A stretch of 64,000 bases of DNA from Candidatus Omnitrophica bacterium UBA6253 (GCA_002441245.1 DJVP01000009.1:12817-76816); one strand, 5' to 3'. Shown: positions 40,511 to 50,413, numbered from the stretch's first letter. Notes: generated by a model from the letters alone, not told the origin. Translations and numbers: made by a program.

Positions 40511-41392
40511 CTACTCTTCTCCTCCTGTGCAAATAAACTTACAGCGGCCGCTTGTAGTATCAAGAGCCAGTTCATTAGCCGGATCAATCTCTAAGGCTTT
40601 ATTCATATAATAATTATATTTTTCCTTCTCCCCTCTAATCTTGGCCAATTGCGCCATGCGCACATAAACATCCGCAAAAAACGGGTCAATCTTGAGCGCC
40701 TTATCCAGGTATTCTTCAGCCTTGTCTTTATTGCCTCCGGCAATTGCAGGAGCCAAAAGATAATAACTACCCAAACCAAACAAAACAGCCGGGGAATCGG
40801 GCTGGAGTTTTTGCGCCTTATCCAGGTTTGTTTTTACCGCCAGCCCGTCTATTGCTTTAGAGAATAAACCACCATAATGCGCAAGCATGCCTTTTGATCC
40901 GGCATACATAGCATATGCTCGTGCATAATTACTCAAATCCACTTTATCCTGCCCCTGCTGAATAACTTTTGAAGCCAGCCGCACTGAACCGGTAAAATCC
41001 ATTTTAAAATATTTAATATAAGCCAGGCTGATTAAGGCGGGGGCAAACAGCGGATCCTGTTTAATTACCTCAGCTAATAAACTTTCCGCTTTCTTAAGAT
41101 CATGCATCCTGCGGCAAGACTCCGCAATGCCCCATTTTAACTCAACCATATCAGGATACTTATTAAACAAAGCTGTAAATACCTGATATGCAGAGTGGTC
41201 CTGATGCAGATTCAGGTAAACCAACCCTAGAACATATTGATCATCTAAAAAATCCTGGTTTTTAGCCACAGACTCCTGGGCATCCGGCAGGGTTAATCCA
41301 TCCGCTTTATTATGCAAGGCCTTCCAATCCATGGGATATAATACCGAGGAATAAGTAAATAAAATTAATAATATTAAAAATGGCTTTTTCAT
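40511..41392 (-). CDS. TPR-repeat protein with an N-terminal signal peptide
   Basis: Signal-peptide-like N-terminus; repeated TPR-like helical hairpins. Confidence 0.5.
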   Translation of the reverse strand: MKKPFLILLILFTYSSVLYPMDWKALHNKADGLTLPDAQESVAKNQDFLDDQYVLGLVYLNLHQDHSAYQVFTALFNKYPDMVELKWGIAESCRRMHDLKKAESLLAEVIKQDPLFAPALISLAYIKYFKMDFTGSVRLASKVIQQGQDKVDLSNYARAYAMYAGSKGMLAHYGGLFSKAIDGLAVKTNLDKAQKLQPDSPAVLFGLGSYYLLAPAIAGGNKDKAEEYLDKALKIDPFFADVYVRMAQLAKIRGEKEKYNYYMNKALEIDPANELALDTTSGRCKFICTGGEE

Positions 41393-41685
41393 TTTATTTG
41401 CCTTTTAAAGAACTCCCAGAAAATAATCCCCAGAGAAACCATGCTGAAGCCAAAAAGAAAGTCCTCCAGAGGTATGCTGCCGGCCCTTATGCCAAGGAAA
41501 AACTGGCTGTTATATATAACTATGCCGGATCCGGTAAGGTAACCGTTTACCAGGAATTTAAAGCCTAATATAATAACAAGGAATAGATAAAATAATTTTT
41601 GCTTGAAAATGTTAACCCTTGTCAGCCTATCAATCAAAACTGTCAGAATTACAGAGCTTGCAGCTATTAAGGTATACTCCTTCAC
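41389..41685 (-). CDS. Lycopene cyclase domain protein (CrtYd-like subunit of a heterodimeric cyclase)
   Basis: ~100-aa three-TM protein with an IPLEDFLFG motif. Confidence 0.65.
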   Translation of the reverse strand: MKEYTLIAASSVILTVLIDRLTRVNIFKQKLFYLFLVIILGFKFLVNGYLTGSGIVIYNSQFFLGIRAGSIPLEDFLFGFSMVSLGIIFWEFFKRQIK

Positions 41686-41990
41686 TTGAGCCTCTCTTTA
41701 ATGTATTTAAGCGCTTCCCAGGTAAATATACAGCAAAATGGGACAACTATAAAAAATAACCATTCCTCAACCGGCAGGTTAATAATATTAACTCCGAATA
41801 CCCCTTCGGGATTAAAATACCAGTGCCCTCTCCAGGTAGCAAAAATATCCCAAGCGCCGAATATAACTATTAATATGCTTAAGGAAAAAACTAAAGGCTT
41901 GAAATTACGCCAAAATCTTAACGGGGGGTAAAAACTAAGCAGCAGCGGGATAATGGCAGACAACACCAGGACCATCATGTATTTAGACAT
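41682..41990 (-). CDS. Lycopene cyclase domain protein (CrtYc-like subunit)
   Basis: ~100-aa three-TM protein with an LPVEEWLFF motif; overlaps its partner gene. Confidence 0.65.
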   Translation of the reverse strand: MSKYMMVLVLSAIIPLLLSFYPPLRFWRNFKPLVFSLSILIVIFGAWDIFATWRGHWYFNPEGVFGVNIINLPVEEWLFFIVVPFCCIFTWEALKYIKERLK

Positions 41991-42081
41991 CCCTTATTTT
42001 ATTACTAACATGCTATCTTGGCAATCAAATTTCAGTGTTTAAATCCTTGGTTTTTAGGTTATTTGATTGTAAAATAGAGAC

Positions 42082-42945
42082 ATGTTTAACAAAAAGCTGG
42101 GGATAGGTTTTCAAGAAGCTAAGAAAATTACTAAAAAATTCGCCAAGACTTTTTATACAGCTTCTCTTTTCTTGCCCGAAGAAAAGAAATACGCCAGCTA
42201 TGCTGTATATGCTATTTGCCGTTTAAGCGATGAAGCGGTGGATGATTTGACTTGTTCGGACAAGGAAAAAAGCTTGCAAAGATTAGAATCAAAAATATCC
42301 GCTTCTTACACCGAAAAACATTTTGAAGAACCGCTACTGGCAGCCTTTAGCCAAACAGTTAATAAATATAAAATCCCCGGCGAATACTTTGCATCCTTGA
42401 TTAAAGGGATGCGCATGGACTTAGAGTTAAAACGTTATGCAAGTTTTACTTTGCTTTATGAATACTGTTACAGGGTAGCCGGAGTCGTTGGCCTGATTAT
42501 GCTGAAGATTTTCGGGTACAAAAACAGCTCCGCTGAAGAAAATGCCATAAAACTGGGAGTTGCCATGCAGCTAACCAACATCCTGCGCGATATAAATGAA
42601 GACCTTGGCCGGGGCAGGATTTACCTGCCCCTGGATGAAATGGCCAAGTTCAACATTACCGAACAGCAATTATCCGAAGGCAAGATCAACAAAAACCTTA
42701 AAGATTTCTTGCGTTTCCAAATCAGCCGTTGCCGGAAATTTTACAGCGATTCCCTGGAAGGGGTCAAACTCATTAATAGCCCTTTTTGCAGATTTGTAGT
42801 ATTATGCATGAAGGAGATTTATGCCGGTATATTGGAAAAAATCGAAGAAAACAATTATAACGTTTTCACTGTCCGCGCACACGTGAGTAAATTAAGAAAA
42901 ATCATGATTATACTTAAAATATTGCTGGAGCGTAAATATTTATGA
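42082..42945 (+). CDS. crtB: Phytoene/squalene synthase family enzyme (CrtB-like)
   Basis: Trans-isoprenyl diphosphate synthase head-to-head family; YCYRVAGVVG and Asp-rich regions. Confidence 0.75.
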   Translation: MFNKKLGIGFQEAKKITKKFAKTFYTASLFLPEEKKYASYAVYAICRLSDEAVDDLTCSDKEKSLQRLESKISASYTEKHFEEPLLAAFSQTVNKYKIPGEYFASLIKGMRMDLELKRYASFTLLYEYCYRVAGVVGLIMLKIFGYKNSSAEENAIKLGVAMQLTNILRDINEDLGRGRIYLPLDEMAKFNITEQQLSEGKINKNLKDFLRFQISRCRKFYSDSLEGVKLINSPFCRFVVLCMKEIYAGILEKIEENNYNVFTVRAHVSKLRKIMIILKILLERKYL

Positions 42946-43787
42946 AGATAAACCTGGCAAAATCAGCGGGGTTTTGTTTCGGGGTCAAAAGAGCAATCAA
43001 TATCGCCATGGAGACCGCAAAAACCAATCAACCGGTACTTATGCTCGGGGATATTGTGCATAATGAAGATGTGGTAAAAAAAATCCAGAATTCGGGGGTA
43101 AGAAAGACCAAACGCCTTTGCCAGGGCAAAGGGAAAACACTGTTGATCCGTGCGCATGGCTGTTCAAAAAAGATACTGCAAAGAGCTAAAAAGTCGGGCT
43201 ACTTGATTATTGATGCAACATGCCCTATGGTAAAAGAGATCCATGCAATTGTCAAAAACCTGGAAAACCGGGGTTTCAGAATAATTGTAATCGGAGATAA
43301 ATCTCATGATGAAGTTAAGGGGATTGTCGGGCAGCTTAAGACCAAAGCAATAATTATCGATAATTTGAGCAATATTCCTTTTAAGAAAATAAGCTCTATC
43401 AAAAAAGCAGGGGTAGTTGTGCAATCAACTCAAAATCTGGATAAGGTAGAAGAAATAATCAGTATTCTAAGGAAAAATATAAGCAAACTTGAATTTCATA
43501 ATACCATCTGCAGACCAACCAGGTCAAAACAAGACGAAATTAAGGTTATGCCGCTGAAAAATGATGTAATGATTATTATCGGCTCTAAGACAAGCGCTAA
43601 CACTAAAAGGATTTATGAGATATCCAAATCTTTAAATAAAAGAAGCTACTGGGTAAATTCAAGCAACCAAATTAAGGATAGCTGGCTGGCTAAAGCTAAA
43701 AATACGGGGATAACCGCAGGGGCCTCTACTCCCGAATCAACAATCCAGGAGGTTGTTCAAAAGATTAAGGCACTTTGCGCCGTTTAA
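42942..43787 (+). CDS. ispH: 4-hydroxy-3-methylbut-2-enyl diphosphate reductase
   Basis: MKINLAKSAGFCFGVKRAI... LytB fold with conserved Cys residues. Confidence 0.8.
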   Translation: MKINLAKSAGFCFGVKRAINIAMETAKTNQPVLMLGDIVHNEDVVKKIQNSGVRKTKRLCQGKGKTLLIRAHGCSKKILQRAKKSGYLIIDATCPMVKEIHAIVKNLENRGFRIIVIGDKSHDEVKGIVGQLKTKAIIIDNLSNIPFKKISSIKKAGVVVQSTQNLDKVEEIISILRKNISKLEFHNTICRPTRSKQDEIKVMPLKNDVMIIIGSKTSANTKRIYEISKSLNKRSYWVNSSNQIKDSWLAKAKNTGITAGASTPESTIQEVVQKIKALCAV

Positions 43788-45216
43788 TTAAATCCGCAAC
43801 TATACGGGATCCGGCGATAACTACCGGCAGCCCGCCTCCGGGTTGCGTACTTGCTCCTACGTAATACAAATTCTTTATTTTTGAATCAAAATTAGCCGGC
43901 CGAAAGAAAGCGCTCTGGGTTAAATTATGCGCCAGGCCAAAAGTCGCTCCATATTTAATATTATACCAACCGATAAAATCTTTAGGGTAAAAACGGTGCT
44001 CAACTTCTATTAATTCATCAAGGTTACACCCGCATAAACTATTTATTTTATCGAAAACCAGTTTTCTTATCCTGCCTTCATGTTTTGCTAAATCATCTCT
44101 GGACTTCATTAAATTGGCAACAGGTATCAATAAATATATGATATCCTTTCCGGAAGGAGCCAAAGAAGGGTCGGTTACAGTAGGCACATGCACATAAAAA
44201 GATGGGTCTTCCGGTATTGTTTTATCTTTGAATATCTGATTCAAATTCTTATTTAAATCTTTGCTAAAGAATAAATTATGATGCGCAAGTTTATTAAGCT
44301 TGTTCTTTAACCCTAAATAAATCAAATAAGTCGAGCAGGAATATTTAAATTCGGGAATCTTGCGCTTAAGTAAATCTGTCTGGGCATAAGCATAATCAGC
44401 ATTAACTACCGCATAATCGGGGTTAATAAAGCATCCGCCTGCCTTAAGCGAAATCTGCCTGCCTGTTCCAGTAATACCTTCTATCGGATAATTATAATTT
44501 ATCTTTGCACCGAATTTCTTAGCCAGCTTTTCCAAGGCCAAAGGTATCTGGTACATCCCGCCCATAGGATGGGCAATTTTCTGCACATGGTCAGTGTAAG
44601 TAATTACGCTGTAGAATGCCGGCGCCTGAAATGGGGAAACCCCCATAAACATAGCCTCAAATGTAAAAGCATAACAAAGTTTATCGCTCTTAAAATATTT
44701 ACGGGCAAGCTGCCAATATGACTCTAAAACGCGGATTTTGCCTGCCAGGCCCCAATAATAAGGATTTGCTAAAGATTTACAGGTTACGCATTTATAAAGC
44801 AACGGCCTGATTACGTTATATATCCTGGTAGTCTCCCGAATAAACTTGTCGAATTGTTTAGCAGCTCCCGACTCTATCCGCTCCAATTCCTCTTTTGTAC
44901 GGCTGCTGTCCCGATGCACGGTAAGTGCTTCTCCGTCGGAGTAAATAATCTTATAACTCGGGTCAATAATACGTAAATCCAGATAATCATTAAGTGATTC
45001 TCCGCAATAAGAAAAGACTTCCTCAAAGAAATCCGGCATAAGTACAAACGAAGGCCCCATGTCAAATTTAAACCCCGCGTCTTCAAGCAGGTGGTTACGT
45101 CCGCCACATTCAGGGAGTTTTTCAAAAACCTCAACATCATGGCCATCATGCGCCAGGCGGGCAGCTGTTGCCAATCCGCCTACGCCAGCGCCAACGATTA
45201 CAACTTTTTTAGACAT
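43765..45216 (-). CDS. crtI: Phytoene desaturase family (CrtI-like)
   Basis: VVIVGAGVGGLATAARL FAD-binding fold; 483 aa; CrtI-type amine-oxidase fold. Confidence 0.75.
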   Translation of the reverse strand: MSKKVVIVGAGVGGLATAARLAHDGHDVEVFEKLPECGGRNHLLEDAGFKFDMGPSFVLMPDFFEEVFSYCGESLNDYLDLRIIDPSYKIIYSDGEALTVHRDSSRTKEELERIESGAAKQFDKFIRETTRIYNVIRPLLYKCVTCKSLANPYYWGLAGKIRVLESYWQLARKYFKSDKLCYAFTFEAMFMGVSPFQAPAFYSVITYTDHVQKIAHPMGGMYQIPLALEKLAKKFGAKINYNYPIEGITGTGRQISLKAGGCFINPDYAVVNADYAYAQTDLLKRKIPEFKYSCSTYLIYLGLKNKLNKLAHHNLFFSKDLNKNLNQIFKDKTIPEDPSFYVHVPTVTDPSLAPSGKDIIYLLIPVANLMKSRDDLAKHEGRIRKLVFDKINSLCGCNLDELIEVEHRFYPKDFIGWYNIKYGATFGLAHNLTQSAFFRPANFDSKIKNLYYVGASTQPGGGLPVVIAGSRIVADLIKRRKVP

Positions 45217-45233
45217 CTCCGCCCTTTCGTTTA

Positions 45234-46076
45234 TTAAAAAACAATGGTTTTGTTCTCATGCCTGATGATACGGTAATCAATATAGCTTAAAATAGCGTTA
45301 GCTAAAGCCTTTTTCTCCAGGTTCCTTCCTTTTCTTATAAGGGACTGCCGGTTATCCTTATGTGAAACATGCTCTACCTCCTGGGAAATAATCGGGCCTT
45401 CATCCAGTTTATCGTTTACAAAATGAGCGGTTGCCCCGATAACCTTAACCCCCTGTTTAAGTGCCTGGCCAAAAGGATCAGCTCCCTTGAAAGCAGGCAA
45501 GAACCCATGATGGATATTGATTATATCTTTATTGTATTTTCTCAGGAATTCAGGCGAAAGCACCAGCATATACCGTGCCAAAACCAGAAAATCAGTAGAA
45601 TCAAGCGCATAAGACAATAATTCTGCCTCCCGCCTGTTCTCTTTACTGGCAGGGACATAATGAAACGGAATGTTATGCTGGCTTAACAACTTGCGGTGTT
45701 TTTCATTATTGCTTAAAACAAAGGGTATTTTAACATTAAGCTCCCCTGACATGCAAAGATACAGCAAGTCTATCAAACAATGGTCATCTTCGGATACGAA
45801 TATCCCCATGCGTAAGGTTTGCGACTTATCAATAATCTTCCACTGCGCAGAGAATTCCCTGCCTGTAGCTGAAAATTCCTCCGTTAAAAAATCTTTATTA
45901 TGCTGCTCTTTAGTTAAAATAAACTCAACCCGCATAAAGAAATACCCACCCTCCGGATCAGTGCTATACTGATCAGCAGCAACTATATTACCTCCATGTT
46001 TTAGAATAAAATCAGAGATCCGGGCAACAATCCCTTTCTGATCCAGGCATTGAAATAATAGAATAAATTTACGCAT
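45234..46076 (-). CDS. purU: Formyltetrahydrofolate deformylase
   Basis: N-terminal ACT domain plus a formyltransferase domain; 280 aa. Confidence 0.8.
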   Translation of the reverse strand: MRKFILLFQCLDQKGIVARISDFILKHGGNIVAADQYSTDPEGGYFFMRVEFILTKEQHNKDFLTEEFSATGREFSAQWKIIDKSQTLRMGIFVSEDDHCLIDLLYLCMSGELNVKIPFVLSNNEKHRKLLSQHNIPFHYVPASKENRREAELLSYALDSTDFLVLARYMLVLSPEFLRKYNKDIINIHHGFLPAFKGADPFGQALKQGVKVIGATAHFVNDKLDEGPIISQEVEHVSHKDNRQSLIRKGRNLEKKALANAILSYIDYRIIRHENKTIVF

Positions 46077-46107
46077 ATGCCCTCCGTAATTAAATTATAC
46101 CCCTGAT

Positions 46108-46286
46108 TAACTGCGAGTTAACTCAACAATCTTTTTTTCTATCAATATTTTGTGTTTTTGCTCTTCAGTAATCAAAAGCGAAAGCAGTTCTGTCAGGTTT
46201 GGATGTTGCGACAATATCTCCTGGTATGTCTCTATCGCATCCTCTTCTTTTGATAAGGCTATTTTTAAAACTTCAAGATCGACCAT
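46108..46286 (-). CDS. Small (59 aa) helical protein with ferritin/rubrerythrin-like E...ExxH residues; below the track's 60-aa cutoff
   Basis: Strong Shine-Dalgarno sequence AAGGAGG 6 nt before the ATG. Sequence MVDLEVLKIALSKEEDAIETYQEIL...EEQKHKILIE. A CATGTA-TATC-TACATG palindrome lies just upstream. Confidence 0.4.
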
Positions 46287-46425
46287 AGTTAACCTCCTTT
46301 AAGGCATGTATATCTACATGTTTATTGGTTAAATTATAACATAAAGATAGTTTAAAAGAATCAGTTTATATTATATAAAACCGCACAGTAATAATTACTT
46401 GTTTTTAGGGGAATTTTATAACGGA

Positions 46426-47517
46426 CTACGGGAGCGGGATATTTAAACAGGACTCTGTCTCTGTAACAAGTTCGCAGATTAATTCTTTAACTGAGATTAT
46501 TTTATTAATCCTATAGGCATTGCTGCCACACATGGCAAATCCTTTATTCAAATCTCCCCGGTAAGCATTCAACAGCGCCTTGGCAATACAATAATTAACT
46601 TTCTGAGCATCACAGGTATACAAGCATTTATACTCGCAACCGAAAGCTACATGTGCTCCTTCGGTAACCTTCTTCACAAATTCATTACTGATAACCCTCC
46701 CCGGCATCCCTACCGGGCTCTGGATAACTATAATGTCCTCTTTTTTAGCTGCAATATAAGCCTCTTTATATTGCAAAGATACATCACATTCATGAGTACA
46801 AACAAAACGCGTAGCCATTTGCACCCCGCTGGCGCCTAAACGCATAACCCTGGCAATATCTTTACCATCAAAAATTCCTCCAGCGGCAATCACGGGAATA
46901 CGCGTTTTGTCATTTTCAAAAGTGCGTGTAACCGCTAATACCTCGGTCAGGATCTTGTCCAAGGAAAAATGCTCTTCATCAGCAAGCTCAGCCAAACTAT
47001 AACCCAGATGCCCACCGGCAAGCGGCCCTTCAATAATAATAGCATCAGGTAAACGTTTATACCTCCTGGACCAGGTACTGCAAATAATCTGCGCTGCCCG
47101 GCTAGAAGAAATAATCGGGATAAGCTTAGTCTTTTTATTCTTAATCAAAGATGGCAAGCGTAACGGCAGTCCGGCCCCGGAAATAATCACATCCACAGAT
47201 TCAGCTTGGGCCGCCTCCACTAACTCATCATAGTTAGTAAGTACGCACATAATATTTACGCCGAACGGATTTTTTGTCATGCGCCTAGTCTCTCGGATGA
47301 TATTTGTTAGTTCCGCGCGCGAACGCATCTTGTAATCACGTTGCTCATTGTCACATTCTTCTCCCAACCCCACTGCGGCAATCACCCCAAGCGCCCCCTC
47401 ATTGGAAACAGCCGAAACCAATGAAGATGAAGATACACGCACCCCCATTCCGCCCTGAATAATAGGTATCTCTATTCTTAAACTACCTAACGATAAACCC
47501 CCAAACTCAACCTTCAT
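46426..47517 (-). CDS. Nitronate monooxygenase / FabK-like NAD(P)H-dependent flavin oxidoreductase (TIM barrel)
   Basis: IPIIQGGMGVRVSSSSLVSAVSNEGALGVIAA FMN-binding motif. Confidence 0.7.
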   Translation of the reverse strand: MKVEFGGLSLGSLRIEIPIIQGGMGVRVSSSSLVSAVSNEGALGVIAAVGLGEECDNEQRDYKMRSRAELTNIIRETRRMTKNPFGVNIMCVLTNYDELVEAAQAESVDVIISGAGLPLRLPSLIKNKKTKLIPIISSSRAAQIICSTWSRRYKRLPDAIIIEGPLAGGHLGYSLAELADEEHFSLDKILTEVLAVTRTFENDKTRIPVIAAGGIFDGKDIARVMRLGASGVQMATRFVCTHECDVSLQYKEAYIAAKKEDIIVIQSPVGMPGRVISNEFVKKVTEGAHVAFGCEYKCLYTCDAQKVNYCIAKALLNAYRGDLNKGFAMCGSNAYRINKIISVKELICELVTETESCLNIPLP

Positions 47518-47742
47518 AGGATTGCTTTCTGCGGACTAAACCCTGCTTTAAAGAATTAACTGGTGTGCAACTTTCTGCGGAAATAAAAACCATAAAGGTT
47601 AATTGTCTTGCCCTTTACGGCTACAAGATTTACTAAACTTTATATTATCTCTTTGATTTGATTATACCACGTATTTGAAAAACTGCTGGGATTATTTTAT
47701 AATTCATACACCAACGCAACTTGCTCAACAATTATAGAATAT

Positions 47743-48342
47743 TTACCATCTCTCCCAATGCATGTTTTCCCGTTTAAACTTATCCTTCGGTTTATCTTCA
47801 GACGTAGGATATCCGATAGGAATAACATTAAGGGGGATAACGCTTTCCGGGATATTAAGCTGTTTCCGAACAAAATCCATCCTATTCTTATCCGGATAGA
47901 CCCCTGTCCATACAGCTCCAAGCCCCAAGGCCTCCGCAGCCAATAGGATATTTTCTCCGGCGCAAGTGCTGTCAATAATGGCAAATTCGGTTTTGCCCTG
48001 AAGTGCCTTTTCCGGTATTGCACAAACGATTATTGCGGCGCCGGCCTTATCCAGCATCTTAGCATAAGGCAATACCTTTGCGAGTGCATCAAGACCACCG
48101 CGATCCGTAACTATTATAAACGACCAGGGCTGCATATTAACCGCTGTCGGAGCCGCCATTGCCGCTTTGGCAATAGCGATAAGATCATCTTGCGACACTT
48201 TCTCGCCGGTAAAATGGCGCACGCTCCTGCGATTGTAAATAACAGTTAAGGCATCCGGAAAGGATTTTTCATTCTGCGCAAAAATGGCATTACATGAAAT
48301 AACCATAAACAATACAATTAAACTAACCCTCGTAATTTTCAT
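47743..48342 (-). CDS. Nitroreductase-family protein with an N-terminal signal peptide, possibly a lipoprotein (VISC)
   Basis: Nitroreductase fold (RRSVRHF...) preceded by MKITRVSLIVLFMVISCNAIFAQ. Confidence 0.65.
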   Translation of the reverse strand: MKITRVSLIVLFMVISCNAIFAQNEKSFPDALTVIYNRRSVRHFTGEKVSQDDLIAIAKAAMAAPTAVNMQPWSFIIVTDRGGLDALAKVLPYAKMLDKAGAAIIVCAIPEKALQGKTEFAIIDSTCAGENILLAAEALGLGAVWTGVYPDKNRMDFVRKQLNIPESVIPLNVIPIGYPTSEDKPKDKFKRENMHWERW

Positions 48343-48400
48343 ATTAGGTTCCCCCTGATTAGCAAAACAGATGAGTCCTGCGTAAATACTGGCCCCGCTA

Positions 48401-48895
48401 TTAGACGGATTTCGTAACTGGAGCTTGAAGAATAATAAAGAAATTAAACGATAAATGGCCGCAGTTCGCTAGGTTATTTTTTTGCTTACTTAGGAGAAAG
48501 TGGAGTATTTCTCGCACATCCTGTTTCATTTGATCCATATCAATATGAAGCTGTTTGCTGATAATCCTTTCGGTATCTGCTTCTGTCGTAGTAATCCTAA
48601 GAAGCTCTTCTTGTTTTCTTATGCGCTCGGCAGTTTCTCTCTTTAACTCCAGCCATCTCCGCCAAGCGAATACGGCTAAACCGATGCTTAAAGTTAGAAG
48701 GGTTGTAACAACTTCATCGACATAGAGTATCTTGTCAGGATACTTCTGTAGAAATTCTACAATTAAACCAAATACATTAAAGAAATATGAAAGGACAAGC
48801 GAAAGAATAACAGCAGCAATAAGTAAAATTAGATCCCTGAATGCCTTAGGGGGATGAAGCTCTATATTATTTCTGGTTTTTTGTACGCCAGTCAT
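48401..48895 (-). CDS. Hypothetical membrane protein (two TM helices plus a coiled coil)
   Basis: ORF with hydrophobic helices and a charged helical C-terminal region; no recognisable family. Confidence 0.35.
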   Translation of the reverse strand: MTGVQKTRNNIELHPPKAFRDLILLIAAVILSLVLSYFFNVFGLIVEFLQKYPDKILYVDEVVTTLLTLSIGLAVFAWRRWLELKRETAERIRKQEELLRITTTEADTERIISKQLHIDMDQMKQDVREILHFLLSKQKNNLANCGHLSFNFFIILQAPVTKSV

Positions 48896-48973
48896 TTTAC
48901 TCCCCCTTGTTGAAGAAATTTCAAGCCAATGGATGGCAAAAGGGACAGGACAATATGCCAGGATTAATTACTG

Positions 48974-49426
48974 CTATTTAGCTAGTTTACGATATCCAAT
49001 AAATATAAGCACTATAAAAGCAGCTAACAATGATAAGAACCTCATCCAATCTTGGAGCTCAGACCAATAAAACATATAGCCTTCGGTCAAAGAAAAAATC
49101 CCCCCAAACATAAGGCCCGTTCCGATTGCTTGAATAGAAATGATTGCTCCGGCAATTATGCAAGCTATGCCTACGGGAACAGCTACGAAGAAAAGATTTC
49201 TCTGAAAAGTTTTTTCTTTTTCGCGCCAAACCCTATCCCTCTCCTGTCTTTCTTTGTCTATCTGTACCCTTTCTTCAGGAGTGGCCTTATCGTAACGCTG
49301 ATAGGAATAGGAATCATAACGATCCTGCCATTTAGGCATAGGGCTGAATGTGCTAACCCCATAATGAACTAACATAGGTAAAATTATTGCAATACCAAAT
49401 CCTAGGGCAAATTTCTTTGCGAGCAT
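48974..49426 (-). CDS. Hypothetical membrane protein
   Basis: Three predicted TM segments; a consensus promoter and an AAGGAGG Shine-Dalgarno sequence lie upstream. Confidence 0.4.
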   Translation of the reverse strand: MLAKKFALGFGIAIILPMLVHYGVSTFSPMPKWQDRYDSYSYQRYDKATPEERVQIDKERQERDRVWREKEKTFQRNLFFVAVPVGIACIIAGAIISIQAIGTGLMFGGIFSLTEGYMFYWSELQDWMRFLSLLAAFIVLIFIGYRKLAK

Positions 49427-49445
49427 TTTTTCCTCCTTTTTATAT

Positions 49446-49474
49446 ATTCTACTACTGGCAAAAAATCATTGCAA
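49446..49474 (-). promoter_or_regulatory. Sigma70-type promoter TTGCAA-17-TAGAAT driving the 48974-49426 gene
   Basis: Minus strand reads ttgcaa tgattttttgccagtag tagaat, followed by AAGGAGG and the ATG. Confidence 0.45.
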
Positions 49475-49505
49475 CTTATTTATATGCTAGCGCTTCCTAA
49501 ATTAC

Positions 49506-49883
49506 TCATTTTTCTATCCAGTCGATAGCATCATTATAATTCTCAAACACTTTAACTTTATTCCCTGTCTTGATTTTCCTACCTTGAGACCATAGCTTAT
49601 ACCATTCTTTAGATAAACCGGCCTTAACCACAATAGCCGACTTTCCATTTCCAATTTTTTCCTCATTGCTTATATGAAATGACCTTATTTTCTGCAAATC
49701 ATCAACAGGAACATCCTCAAATTTAAGGGCTGTATGGTCAAAAACTATATTACTGTTTGACAGGAACCGCGGATGCTGCAATAAATCTTCTGCCATTACA
49801 ATAAAATCCCTTGCATTCATCTTACCGCTTGTCTTTACAGATATTAAATCCATTGAAGCCATAAATGCTATTTTATAATTCAT
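49506..49883 (-). CDS. Hypothetical small cytoplasmic protein, possibly with a STAS/SpoIIAA-like fold
   Basis: Alternating beta/alpha pattern resembling anti-sigma-antagonist domains; the similarity is weak. Confidence 0.3.
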   Translation of the reverse strand: MNYKIAFMASMDLISVKTSGKMNARDFIVMAEDLLQHPRFLSNSNIVFDHTALKFEDVPVDDLQKIRSFHISNEEKIGNGKSAIVVKAGLSKEWYKLWSQGRKIKTGNKVKVFENYNDAIDWIEK

Positions 49884-49902
49884 ATATTTTACCGCGAATA
49901 AA

Positions 49903-50400
49903 CTATTTCTTTATTTTCTTAACAGCTTCCTGCATCTCCGGGCTATTTACGATATCCATGAATTTGGAATTTTTCATTAAAGCCTGAATATCATTTGCTT
50001 TCGCAGCCTCTAAGATAGCAGGATCATTAGCCATTGCCTGAAGCCCGGGATTACTGGTTAAATCTATAAATATAGCTGCATTTTCCGGATTTTGCATTAA
50101 TGTCTGACTATAAGCAGAAACCTGGGACGGAGTTGGGTTATTAGCCTGGAGAATAGGAGTTGCAGATGTATCAGTTGAAACATATTTTACGGATTCAATC
50201 TTAGAAACCTTTCCTGCCCCTACCTTTATTTCCCCAAAGGTAGGGGTGTTTATGGTATAAATACCTTTTGCATAAAAAACTATTTCGCCGTTAATTACGC
50301 TGCCGTCGCTCAATTCAATTTTACTTAGCTGCCCGCCATAGGAAGCTGCATTTAGCATAAAAAACAATGAGCAAGCGATAATAATTTTTTTCAAATCCAC
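49903..50400 (-). CDS. Hypothetical secreted protein
   Basis: Signal peptide; the C-terminal half carries NP(E/G)...A repeats. Confidence 0.35.
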   Translation of the reverse strand: MDLKKIIIACSLFFMLNAASYGGQLSKIELSDGSVINGEIVFYAKGIYTINTPTFGEIKVGAGKVSKIESVKYVSTDTSATPILQANNPTPSQVSAYSQTLMQNPENAAIFIDLTSNPGLQAMANDPAILEAAKANDIQALMKNSKFMDIVNSPEMQEAVKKIKK

Positions 50401-50413
50401 CTCCTGCTTTATT

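Noticed and set aside
47524-47581. 11-nt direct repeat ctttctgcgga occurring twice, 47 nt apart, in the 225-nt intergenic region upstream of the FabK/NMO-like gene.
   Set aside because: An 11-mer pair within ~100 nt has roughly order-one chance expectation over this window. There is no third copy and no partner regulator gene nearby.
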